Shown here: positions 37,355 to 51,393 of the stretch, piece by piece
Numbering within the stretch: position 1 is the stretch's first letter
Layout of the letters: the number at the start of each line of letters is the position of its first letter
Assembly (NCBI GenBank): GCA_907165135.1
Contig: OU015569.1
Coordinates: 8,742,001 to 8,806,000 of the forward strand
Source of the DNA: Oikopleura dioica
Taxonomy: Eukaryota > Animalia > Chordata
Reading direction: 5' to 3'
Length of the DNA stretch: 64,000 nt
Notes under the pieces: model-generated
Database searches by the model: none
Seen by the model: the letters and a program-made list of their open reading frames with translations, nothing else
Told to the model about the DNA's origin: nothing
Translations under genes and position numbers: made by a program

Positions 37355-38200
37355 ATGACCGTCACAAGAGGCCAAGCAAAACAGAGCAGATACGCTACAA
37401 GATCCCAGACACGAGCTGGCAATGCCAAACTTGCCTTACCTCTTCACGGCGACCCCATCAGAACTGCGAAGAAGCGAAACAAGAAGTCTCTGCCCCTTGA
37501 GTACGAGCAATATTCACCAGCTCCAACGGACACCATCTTCGTTGGACACACCGAGGAAGACTCAGAGATGCCACTTCCGAATCCAGAGGTACCGCTTGCT
37601 CCAACCTTCGATGAAATCCACGATGTCACCCCGGCCCAATCCACTCCAGGTTTCGTCGATGACGAGTCAAACAAGATTCTTCCACGACCAGCGATTGAGG
37701 ATGTACCCCTTCAAAACGACTATTCGGCCAGCACCAGCGATGACGATTTGGAGTCACGAGCAGGAACTTCTCAATCTGAATTCGATGTTAGATACGATCC
37801 TGACTTCTCTCCACCACTTATCGACCACGGTACGCTAGATCTCAGCACAATGGACAGTTCTTTCCCAACTGCTGGACGTGTTCCTACTCCCGAAGCGGTT
37901 TGCGACTTCGAATCATCCGGCGCCTACTCGGGAACACACAACGATACCGGTCTCTCCAATCTCGATGATGTGGCAAATGAGACAGAGATGCAAATCGACG
38001 GTCCCGCAATGCCAATGCCGAACGGATCCTTTACCTTTGGTTACGATGAGCCAGAACCGCTGAACTTCTCCGCAAGAATCGGCAGCTTCTCCGCACACCC
38101 AGATGACGAACCTCCAAAATCGTCTCCTACCTTGAACATGGAAGGCCTCGACATTACCGCTGAATTCAAATGCCAAATGGAGCGAATTCTCGACAACTGA
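37355..38200 (+). CDS. Intronless acidic/Pro-Ser-rich orphan protein (~281 aa) with a basic N-terminus
   Basis: Single long ORF from ATG 37355 (MTVTRGQAKQSRYATRSQTR..KKRNKK) in GC-richer, coding-like sequence. No domain recognised. Confidence 0.7.
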   Translation: MTVTRGQAKQSRYATRSQTRAGNAKLALPLHGDPIRTAKKRNKKSLPLEYEQYSPAPTDTIFVGHTEEDSEMPLPNPEVPLAPTFDEIHDVTPAQSTPGFVDDESNKILPRPAIEDVPLQNDYSASTSDDDLESRAGTSQSEFDVRYDPDFSPPLIDHGTLDLSTMDSSFPTAGRVPTPEAVCDFESSGAYSGTHNDTGLSNLDDVANETEMQIDGPAMPMPNGSFTFGYDEPEPLNFSARIGSFSAHPDDEPPKSSPTLNMEGLDITAEFKCQMERILDN

Positions 38201-38619
38201 GCGAAATCAAAAGAAACCAGCAGAAAATGACCCTACTTCCTGATCCATTGAAAACAGTTTCTATTCTCTATCATTTATCGATTATTAATTATGTTTAATT
38301 GAACTATCCCTCAAAAAATTGCCTGCAAAGATCTAACTCGTATTGTGATAGTCTTCAAATTCAGTTACTGCCAAATTCATCATTGACGGACAAATAAATT
38401 GAAAAAACATAATTTTGTTTTGTTTCTTTTCTTCAAGTAATTGATTAATGAATTATTCTTACTATTTTCTTCACAATAAAATTGATGTGAGTCACGATGC
38501 TCTGTTTGGGCTTCACTGACGTCTCTTTGTTCAATCGACGGAGGCGCAGCCGATCGATTACTCAAAGAGAAAACCTTCATTGAAAGCAGTTTCTAAAAAA
38601 ATCTCGATTTTCAGCGAAA

Positions 38620-39843
38620 ATGAGACTTTCGAAAGTATGTCTGTCAGAAATATACGCGCAGACGCGGAAGAACATGCTCATTGGGAAAGATACGAAAGTA
38701 ATAATTCAAGTAAGTCCGTGAAATGATAAGCAGCCATATGAGAAAGTTTAGGGTATGACAGGAAAGCAAGGGACGTTTCACGCTATGGGAGCAATGGATT
38801 ATGGTACCCAGGTTGTAGGAAAGGGTTTCCGGAATTTACTTGAGGTCAACTTTGATAGATTGATAAATGGGAATGTTAAGTAAGTCCAGAAAAGTAAATC
38901 CAATCAACAGGCGGAGTCACTCCCGGCAAAGGAGGAACCACTCATCTTGGCCTACCAATTTTCGACAATGTCGGAGAAGCCATGGAAGCAACGGGCGCTG
39001 ACGCAACCGCTATTTATGTTCCTCCTTTTGCCGCGGCTGCTTCAATAGAAGAAGCAATCGAGGCAGAGATTCCTCTGGCAGTATGCATTACAGAAGGCAT
39101 TCCAGAAATGGACATGGTGCGTGTTAAAACTAAACTAGTTCGCCAAGGCAAGACGAGATTGATCGGACCCAACTGTCCAGGTATCATTCGAGCGGGCCAG
39201 GAATGGATATTCTTCTTCCCTCAAGTATCTCATTTCAAAGAGTTATTTTTATTATCCTTGAACAGTGTAAAATTGGGATCATGCCAGCCGATATTCACAC
39301 GGACGGAATAATTGGTATTGTCTCTAAGTCAGGGACGCTGACTTATGAAGCCGTGCAGCAGACTACAGAAGTGGGACTCGGACAAACTTACTGTATTGGA
39401 ATAGGAGGCGATGCATTTAGTGGGTGAGATAAATGACTTTTAAATAAAGCCTTACGAATTTCAGAACGAATTTTATTGATGCCCTTGAGCTTTTCCTCGA
39501 AGATCCAAAAACAAGAGGCATTCTGATGATTGGTGAGATTGGCGGAGGAGCAGAAGAAGCTGCCTCGGAATATCTAAAAAGCATAATCCACCTGGGCCCA
39601 ATCACAAGCCCGTTGCAGGCTTCATTGCTGGCGTGACTGCACCACCGGGAAGACGGATGGGACATGCAGGGGCTATTATTTCTGGCGGAAAAGGTAAGAA
39701 CGAACATCTCAACAAAAATGTACAAACTGACCGTAGGAACTGCGGCAGCGAAAATCGCAGCAATGAAAGATGCTGGTATTCATGTGACAAACTCTCCTGC
39801 AAGTATGGGAAAGACGATATTACGCTCGATTATCAACAAATAG
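38620..39843 (+). CDS. SUCLG1: Succinyl-CoA ligase alpha subunit (apparent 1-nt frameshift at ~39576-39580)
   Basis: [80 protein letters not shown] (phospho-His motif). Confidence 0.95.
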
Positions 39844-39950
39844 TAAATCTTCAGGAAGGGATTCATAAAAGCTCAAACATAATAAGAGTGTTTCGTTTTT
39901 TTTTTATTCTTCGATAAACAAAAACAATAAAGTTACTGTTTCAGCAAAAG

Positions 39951-40271
39951 TTAAACATCAACCGGATTTTGCCGAATGACAGAAACTCGGACGGGCTCTT
40001 TAACGGCATCCTTGGCCTCTACACTGGCGGCGATGATTTCGGCGACCTTTTGCCGGAATGCTAGTTGCTCCTTAGCGCGTCTTTGCGCCTGACGTAGTTG
40101 CACCAGGAGCATGATAGTGTCTTTGTGGTCCAAACGCATGTGGTCATTCATGCAGGCAGAGTACTTGAAGCGCCGCCAGCACAGTCGACACTTGAGCGGT
40201 CTGGCACAGTTGCGTGTTCCGTTCATCGACGATTTCTTTTCAAAAAGACTTTGAGTTTTTCGTTTTGGCAA
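39951..40271 (-). CDS. Small single C2H2 zinc-finger protein with a coiled-coil-like tail
   Basis: Intronless 106-aa ORF; LKCRLCWRRFKYSACMNDHMRLDH fits C-x2-C-x12-H-x4-H. Confidence 0.65.
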   Translation of the reverse strand: MPKRKTQSLFEKKSSMNGTRNCARPLKCRLCWRRFKYSACMNDHMRLDHKDTIMLLVQLRQAQRRAKEQLAFRQKVAEIIAASVEAKDAVKEPVRVSVIRQNPVDV

Positions 40272-40763
40272 TTGTTCTCCTGCGAATACACTATATATTA
40301 TATTCGAACGAGAAACTCTAGCGCCGATTACGAACTCTTATAAAAGCATAAGTAAGATTTTGAAAGGAAAAAATGGTCCTTTATATAATGTTACGAGATG
40401 GATGACGCAAGTTTATATCATTCAAGAATATATTTCTCAGTCCATCTATCACTCGAATTACATTAAGAAATCCGCGGATACAGTTATTTAAGGTAATAGT
40501 GTACAATGATCGTACTACGATCTGTAGCATATGCACATTCTATGCAATGAATCCCCAAAAGCCACTTCTAGTTTCGAAGACAACACGAACCCATATTTTA
40601 TTTATTCATTCCTGATCATTTTCCGTATTTTTAATTTGCAGAAATAAAAAAATAATGACTTTCAGACTCGTGTTAATTTTATTAAATCGTGGGCAGTGAG
40701 TTTTATTAAAAAAATATTCATATGTCGAAATAATAAAATAGAATACACCGATCGAAAATAGAA

Positions 40764-43309
<2,546 letters not shown>

Positions 43310-43598
43310 GTAGGCACAAATGCAAAACGCGGCTGCTGCTCGTCGTTCTCTATTAATTTGCAGACCGGCGATGTCACAGGAAATATTTTCTTACTTGAAG
43401 GATTATTTAGTCTAAAAAGGATATTTCATGAAAATTTTGAGAAGCAGGTGAGCAAAATGTTCCTCTCCCGGCCTCTATTCTTGGCGAAGACGATGCTATT
43501 AGCGTTAAACGAAAACAAGTCTTCCACTCTCCCAGAGACTGAAACAATTCGAAGAGGATTTTTTTACGAATAAACTTGCAGTCGCAAACTTTTGCCAA

Positions 43599-44009
43599 AT
43601 GATTAAAGACTATGAAAAAGCGAAAAATACGCACTCCAGGTAGGGTTTTTCCTAGTTACAGCCTATTTTGCCGCATTTATGAATCGAATTTTGAGGCAAT
43701 AAATGAGAGTCCAGCGCCTATTCTCACTGAAGAACGTGTTTCTTTCGCCATGAACTTCATCGCTGATTGTCTAGACAAAGAACAAAAATACAACCAAGGA
43801 AAGTCATTATCATTTTTCAGCAATTTCCGTAAATTAAGCTTTGAAATGGCGCCGAGCAGCAGTTGCAATCAAGAACGACGAAACTATTGCTTCGCACACT
43901 CAACAAGTGAGTAACAAATTTTGTCTTAAAAATGACAGTAACAAAGAAGGACACACGGAAAGGAAAAAGCGGCAAGAAAGCTTCAAAGCGAAAATCTAGA
44001 CGTGGCTGA
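43599..44009 (+). CDS. Hypothetical small protein with an HhH/PolX-N-terminal-like helix pair and basic tail
   Basis: Spliced MIKDYEKAKNTHS|SLFCRIYESNF..EERVSFAMNFIADCLDKEQKYNQ|ALKWRRAAVAIKNDETIASHTQQ..KKDTRKGKSGKKASKRKSRRG*. The start may lie further upstream (~43271). Confidence 0.35.
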
Positions 44010-44795
44010 ATTAATATCACTGTTTACTCTTCCTTGTTTTAGATAAAACTTTTATCTCTATTTCCAGTAAAAATATATATTCATTTTAGCCAATATTCGC
44101 TTTGAATTCCCTTGTTTCATCTTTTATGAATTTTCGTTCGGTCCTTAGTTTTTGATTCTTTGGATTCAAATGAAGTAAATAACCGTTTGAAATTAATAAT
44201 TTATCTTTAGCGTAATCTTTACCGTTCGTAAGTGCGCCCATTGATTGTGTCTTCAATTCTCTGTGGGTAATCATTTCCGTGACCTTTTCTGGTTCCCATT
44301 TGCAGCTCTCTTCGAATTCAACAGAAGCAGGAACGTTTTTCCACTTTGAAAAGCGGTCCGTTTACATTTGAGTGTTCTCCCATGGCTGTACGAGCTCGTC
44401 ATTATTGGTTCGTTTCTAGTCAACAAAAGCGATTCATAAACTTTGTTTGAATAGAAACGCAACTACTGAAGGCACAAAAGCTCCAATTTTAGGAAAGGAC
44501 CTTCTATGGTACTTAGGCCCTCTCCAGGACTTTTGATTTTGCCTTTTCATTCAAATATATAAACTTTGCGAAGGAAAAACTTAATACTCAATTAACAAAA
44601 CCTATTTGCTTGTAATTTATAACCTTTTTATAGCATTTATGACCAGGCGAGACTAAATATTTAAAAAATCTCTACGAATTCACATGTCACATACGATGAA
44701 GCATTCTAGAATCTCTAGAATTGTTTATGCTTTCGGACTTTTTGAGAAGAAGTCGTTTCATACCTTTTAAAAGAGTATCAAGCTAACAAGCAACG

Positions 44796-45672
44796 ATGGA
44801 AGACAAAGTACGTACAAAAGAGACGATTCAAAAGATCGTCCATGGTTCTGCATCCGCTGAAAGAAACGACACATCACCGGGCGTTTTCTCCGACCTTCTA
44901 TCTGAAACGAAATACGTTTCTGACCATCATCCTCATCGTGCTACTCTAAGTGTGTGCAGACCGGCTCAGAAGCGTCGATCCTCTCATGGCCAACTTCTTG
45001 GTCGATCAAAGATGCAGAAACTTAAACGTGTCGGAGCAGGCCAAGTTCGAAAGCCAAGCGGGCGTAATTCCAATTTTCCGCTAAATTCACTTCCGACTGT
45101 TCCGCTGTAAGTACCGACCCGCTTTTCCTAATCTTCAAAGCTAAATTTCAGCGAGAAAGACGGAAAAGGCCGTATTGTTGTCGACGGCAACGACATTTTT
45201 GCTGGTGCTAGTGGATCCAAAATTGGTCCAGCCTCCCTCCACCAAATAGAACAGGTCGACGATGGCAACGATAAACTTTGCACCGAGAAGAAGACTGAGA
45301 AGACTGCTCCTCAGATGGTAATTAATTATTCGGAGCGTCAAAAAGTAAAAAATTAAGAGAATCGAGCGGGCAAATCATTTACTTTGGCTTGGCGATAAAG
45401 CGGAAGCCTTTGAAGAAATCATGAACGGGAAGGGTTACTATAAGAAGAATGATTCTACTCGATTTGAAATGTCGGAAAATACGTATTCCCAAAAAGCTTG
45501 GTTGATTTATCCATTTGACAAGGATGTGGGAAAGGCTTACGATCGGATTGAAAAAATTCATGAAGAGAAGCACGGCAAAGTTGTAACTGAGAAGAAGCCA
45601 ATAAACAGCGATGAACCATTTGATCCATTCGCCGAATACGTGTTCAAGACCGGTGTCGAGGATGATCGATAA
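44796..45672 (+). CDS. Hypothetical protein (multi-exon)
   Basis: ATG 44796 ORF, further coding-like blocks at ~45150-45318 and ~45400-45672 separated by short AT-rich introns. Frame joins not fully resolved. Confidence 0.4.
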
Positions 45673-46210
45673 TCAGAAGTCAAAAAATTAACTTTATTAA
45701 CTACCAGAGGAGTGCCTAGAACTGTTCCACTTTCGATTGAAGTCAACTCTCAACAATTCTCCTTATTATTTATTTCCTGCCTTGCAAACTCAACTATATA
45801 TTGTTTTGAATAAAAACTTGACAAATTATAAAGTTAGCCCTTTGAATCTTTTTGGATTGAAATGTTAAGATATTTCATTCATTAGTAATTAACAATTTGG
45901 TTCAAAGGTGGTCTCGTTTTCACTCTTTATCCCTGCGGAATCTCATCCTTAGACATTTTCATAAACAATAAGTTTTAGAGCTCATTCATTGTTAAATCCA
46001 CATACTATGATGATTTCAATCGATGAAATTACCGGAAATAAGCCAAATTTGAATGTTGTTTTTTTTCAAATTTTCTAGATTCAATGTTATATAAAAATAT
46101 TTTTCTGAAAATCGTCAGTTAGTTCGTTTTTCTCCAGCAGGTAGGGGAAATGTCAAAAAATGAGTTTGACGAGTGTTGGTAGTTACCTCGTCTAGCAGGG
46201 CAATTTCGAG

Positions 46211-47382
46211 ATGCCTGGTAATCTTGTGAGACTCAGGGATAGAAAGAACAAAAGGCCCTTGAGCTCCAGAACACCAGCTGTTCCCAAGTTTCCGCCCGCA
46301 TCTCAAGCTCCAGGCATCAAGTCGATCAACCATATTGGAAGTGGCGCTTACGGTGATGTCTTCCACTGTAGAAGGAACCCCGAGGAGGTAGATATTCACT
46401 GAAAACATAGAAGAGCGCTCTTTTAAGGATCCACCGCGAGCTCTGGCGGCAAAAGTCATCTACAAACTCGACCCGGCGAAAGAAAGACCCGACAAGGTTG
46501 AGTCTTTCAACAAATTTCTCCACCGAGAGATCGAAGTCACCCAAACTCTCGATCATCGAAACGTCATCAAGTGGGAACTCGTCTTTTAACGTTCCGGCTG
46601 ACAAAATATATTTAGATATGTAACTCACTTTGATAACGAAAAGAACGTCATTCTCGTCGTCGAGCATGCGTTCCACGGAGATCTCCTCAATTACTTGCGA
46701 CTTCACGATCTTTCTGGCTACAACGACTTTCCAAGGGCGACGAATTTTTGTGCACAGATTGTTCGCGGTAAATTCGACCTACATCTCGATAACGAAACAG
46801 ATAATTTTCGTCAAGCTAGTTTTTATTTTTAAAGATTTAGATTCGAGTTATTTTTTAATTTCAGGTATCACTTATCTTCACCAAAGAGACATTATTCACC
46901 GCGACTTGAAGTTGGAAAACATCTTGGTTGGAAAAAACGAAAGGCTGATGATATCAGACTTTGGGTTTGCTCGAGTGATGAGACCCGAGGACCGATCGGA
47001 CACCTACTGTGGCTCTGCTGCTTATGCTCCTCCTGAAATATTGCAAACGAAGTCGTACTCTGGCATGAGCGTAGATATCTGGGCTCTTGGATGTATGATT
47101 TTCTGCATTCTGACAGGATCGATGCCGTTCCGGGACTCGACGCTGCGTGATCTGATGGAAGAGCAAGCCAATGGTAAGATAGTTTCAAGTGATTGCCAAG
47201 TTTAAAGTCTGCTTAATTTAGGAGCTCAAGTCGGTCCAGAGATCCCCGACAATCTCGGAATTCAGCCCATCCTCAACGATATTTGGTCTTTCTACCCCGG
47301 AAACCGGCCAGAGATTGAAGATTTCCACGCGACCCCATGGCTGGAGCGATACTTCAACCCAGACGCCATGGAGATTGACTAG
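46211..47382 (+). CDS. TSSK: Testis-specific Ser/Thr kinase (TSSK)-like CAMK-group kinase
   Basis: IGSGAYGDV, LAAKVI, KFLHREIEV, IIHRDLKLENILV, ISDFGFAR, TYCGSAAYAPPEIL, DIWALGC; stop TAG 47380-47382. Confidence 0.82.
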
Positions 47383-48081
47383 CAGTTAACTGAGTTGTTC
47401 GTTTTATGAATTGACCATTCATAATAAAGCGTGCATCTATATTAGAGAAAATAATGCTCAATTTTGACTCTTTGGAAAAGTCTGTATTTCTTAGCGTCAA
47501 AATAATGTGTTTGTCAAATTTATGTTTTTGCATGATTTCTCTATGCTGAGCAAGTGAATGGATAATTATACTGATCAAGGTGGCGTGTTTAATTGGGCAT
47601 GTTTAAAATGTAAGAGGTTAGTTGGCCGCTACGGAAAGTAAAATATCCCGCGGCCGGTGCAGCTCGGCCACGTCCCAGCTTTTTATTTTCCCGTTTCTTT
47701 CGCCTTTCGTAACATAAAACTGAGTAAACAATTCCCTTCGCACTTCTGTAGATCTGTAGCGCTTCTATCCTTCTGCGTGTAGTTCCTTGATGATGAGTCA
47801 CTATGAGTTACTGTTCCACTGCCACTAATCACTGTAGGAAAAAAACGACTTTGAACGTAGGGCCCTTTGTGGTCAAAATGCTTCGTGGGCGAAATCCTCT
47901 CAATGAAGCCCTTTATGATCCGTGTAAATAAGAGATAAGCCGCCGAAAAGAAATCTCGAATTTCGCTAGAGTAAAAAAACCAACACCCAATTTGAATTAT
48001 AGAAGAAAATGACAAGTATACGAAATCGAAAATGAAAAAATCGGCATAGAACAGCACAGCGAACATCAACAACGATCCAAC

Positions 48082-50938
48082 ATGCTGCTCTCAATTGTTG
48101 TCTTAAGGGACTAGAGTAGCACTCATTGAAGTTTTTAAAATGCGTAGTTAGTTTTCACTCTATCCGAAAGCTGTCTTGTCTTGTGCGTGTCGGGCTTCTA
48201 CACGAATGATTTCGTGGTCGAGTTCTCCCACGATGATGCGAATCGCGCAGAGCAGTTTGCCAATTCGCACGATCTCGTCTTCCAGGGCCGTGTCTTCAAG
48301 AATCATTTCCACTTTATTCATCCAAAAGTGCATCGTCGCTCGGCTGTATCTTCGTCTCGTGCTGATCATCTGAAACTTGGCGAGGACGTAGTCTGGTTCG
48401 AGCAGCAGTTTGTGCGCAAACGAGTCAAGAGAGACTTCCAAATCGACGAAGACATCAGCGTAGAGCGAATGAATGATCCTCTTTACGAGGAGATGTGGTA
48501 TTTGCTCCCCGATTACGAAGATCGAAATAAAAAGAACCTAGGCACATGAATATCACAGGTGAGTTACCACTCAATAAATTAATAAACACTCGCTAAAGCT
48601 GCTTGGGATATGGGCTTCACTGGGAAAGGCGTGGTACTTTCTATGTTAGACGATGGAATCGAGATGACGCATCCTGATCTCAAAGAAAACTACGACGCAA
48701 GGGCTTCTACTGACATAAACGGCAACGACGACGATCCCACGCCGCGGTACAACAAGGGAAACGATCGTTTGAACATCGAAGATCCCAACGTAGGGTTTAT
48801 TCTATTTCTAGTTTTTCAAGCAATTCAGGCTTACACGACAAAATCTGCCAGTCCAAAGATTACTGATAATCTCAAGGGATATATCAAGGAAATTAATCGT
48901 CATGGAACACGATGTGCTGGAGAAGTGGCAGCCTCTGCAAATAACAACGTCTGTGTTCCGGGAGTGGCTTACCATGCCAAGGTCGGTGGCGTGCGTATGC
49001 TCGACGGAGATGTAACTGATCTCGTTGAGGCTAAATCTATCGGTTAGTAAAGCGCCTTCTCTCGAAAAAATGACTGTCTTTTCCTCGTAGGACACAACCA
49101 GGACTACGTTGACATTTATTCCGCAAGTTGGGGACCAGATGATGATGGACGAACAGTAGACGGTCCCGCAAAACTGGCAATTAAGGCGTTCCTTGATGGT
49201 GCTACAGAAGGAAGAAATGGAAAGGGCAATATTTTCGTTTGGGCATCTGGTAACGGAGGTCGATACCAAGACAACTGTAACTGCGACGGATACACTAATA
49301 ATATCTATACAATCAGTATTAGTTCGACGTCAGAGAGGGAAAACATCCCTTGGTAAGTCAATCACAAGGGACTTTTTGATGACGTTTCAGGTACTCTGAG
49401 CCTTGCGCCTCTACACTTGCTTCTACTTATTCTTCTGGTGGCTCTGATGAGAAACAGATTATCACGACTGATTTAAGGTAAATTCAAGTCATGAATGTGT
49501 CACTTTACTATCCAAGGGGAATGTGTACCAAACGACACACTGGTACGTCCGCATCAGCTCCTCTCGCGGCCGGAATCATTGCACTAGCATTGGAGGCGAA
49601 TCCAGAACTCAGCTGGCGAGATGTTCAGCATATTCTTGTGCGTACATCCGAAAAGCACGACCTTCATACAAAGGATTGGAACCAAAACGCAATGGGTCGA
49701 TGGTTTTCGAACAGATATGGCTACGGACTGATGAACGCGGGAAGAATAGTAGAAACAGGTGAGCTCATTCAAAATGATCTAGCTGATTCACGATATTTAT
49801 AAGCTCTGAAATGGCAAACTGTTCCTCCGCAAAAACTCTGCACGCTGGTTCCCGTGTCGCAAAATGGTGAAGGCCTCGGGGTTAAGTCTACGAAGGGCAA
49901 CACGCTTAGCATAGAGTTCGATTTCAAGTGCTCCGAAAATCTTAAAATGTTGGAACATGTGACAGTAGTTCTTTCACTTACTCCTAGAGGTAATCATTCC
50001 CTTTTAACAAAAAAAAAACGATCAATTACAGGTCGACGAGGAGATCTTGAGATCAATATAATCTCTCCGCTAGGCACAAAATCAAATATTTTGGGACAGA
50101 GACCTCACGACATGGTCCAATCTGCTGGTTTCAATCGCTATGAGTTTTTGTCCGTTGAGTTCTGGGATGAAAATCCTGACGGCAAATGGAAAATCGAGTT
50201 CAATAATCTTAACACGAAAGGATCTGGTGACCCAGTGGTGCTGAAAGAAGTGGAAATTCGTTTCCGTGGATCAGAAGGCTTCTCACAAGAACAGCCGATA
50301 GAAGAAGATGTGGTCAAAGAGCAAGGGTCCAAAGAATGTGTCTTACACTTGGATGCTCTGATAGGGACTCTATGTATTTATAGACTTTTCAGGATTTGTA
50401 ATTCACTGTAATGCAAATCTTTTGACCCACGGAAAGTAACAACTACAAAAGAGCCAAAACTAGACACCCCCGAATCCCCTTCCACCGAAAAACCAGAAAC
50501 AACCAAAACAACAAAAATCGTAGATCCGAATGACACTGAGAAACCTGAAAAAACGACCAAGAAGCCAGAAGTGACTCCTCAAGAAGAAAATGATCCCCCT
50601 GAAATAAAAACTACCACCTCGAAGCCAACGACACAAAAACAGACAACAGAAGAAACCACAACGACAAAAGTAACGACAATCAAATCGAGCATAAAACCCG
50701 ATGATCCTCCCCCTTCTCGTACAATTCATAGACCAAAATTGCCAGATGACGATGCTGACAATCACTCAGACATTCAATCTCTTCTTATTATGCTGATTTT
50801 CGGTATGGAAACAAGCAGAGTCAAGCGGTAACTTAATTTTTAGGCGTGCCTACTCTGTATCTATTGTTCCAGCTCATTGTAAAGTATAAGAAGAAAGACC
50901 GAGTCGTGTACAAGAAACTCCCTACAATATCTAACTAA
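48082..50938 (+). CDS. FURIN: Furin-like proprotein convertase (type I membrane)
   Basis: Signal [17 protein letters not shown] (via a GG-AG intron 48108-48170); prodomain ending RKRVKR; catalytic [37 protein letters not shown]; P-domain RRGDL; Thr/Pro/Glu stalk; TM; cytosolic YKKL. Exact PCSK orthology untested. Confidence 0.88.
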
Positions 50939-51393
50939 AGTGAACAATCAGACTTATATATTTAATGCCAGTGCAATATTTATTAATGACTTCTGTAGCT
51001 ATTTACTATGCCTTCCAAAAGGAAGTATCGTCCGTATTCAACTTCCATTTTGACTACTGACGATGCTTTCAACAACTGTTATTTATTAATAAAGAAAACA
51101 TAGACTTCAACCAGACTTAAAACGCGTTAGTGTGCCTTTCAAATCTTTGCGGATTTATAGAAAGAATGCTGATTCGTTGTATTTATGAAAATAGGTTTGT
51201 TTCGAATAAAACAAGATTATGTGCAGTTCTGAAGGTGCATTTGGGAAAGATTGAAAATATAAAAATAAAACTCAAAGCTAAAAAAATACTTTCGGTGCTG
51301 GAAAATGTTACCATCCGGTTACAGCGGTACGAGTGGGCGCTTCCACAGGGTCTATTTGTAAATATTTAGCTCTAATTATGAAATGACCTTAAA

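Noticed and set aside
44086-44462. Minus-strand ORF fragments
   Set aside because: In-frame stops and no coherent start; left unannotated.
47683-48072. 129-aa minus-strand ORF between TSSK and furin
   Set aside because: It starts in low-complexity T-rich promoter-like sequence and has no motifs or splice support.
50405-50430. Apparent homopolymer frameshift in the furin-like gene
   Set aside because: A canonical GT-AG intron (~50337-50436) restores the frame without any indel.
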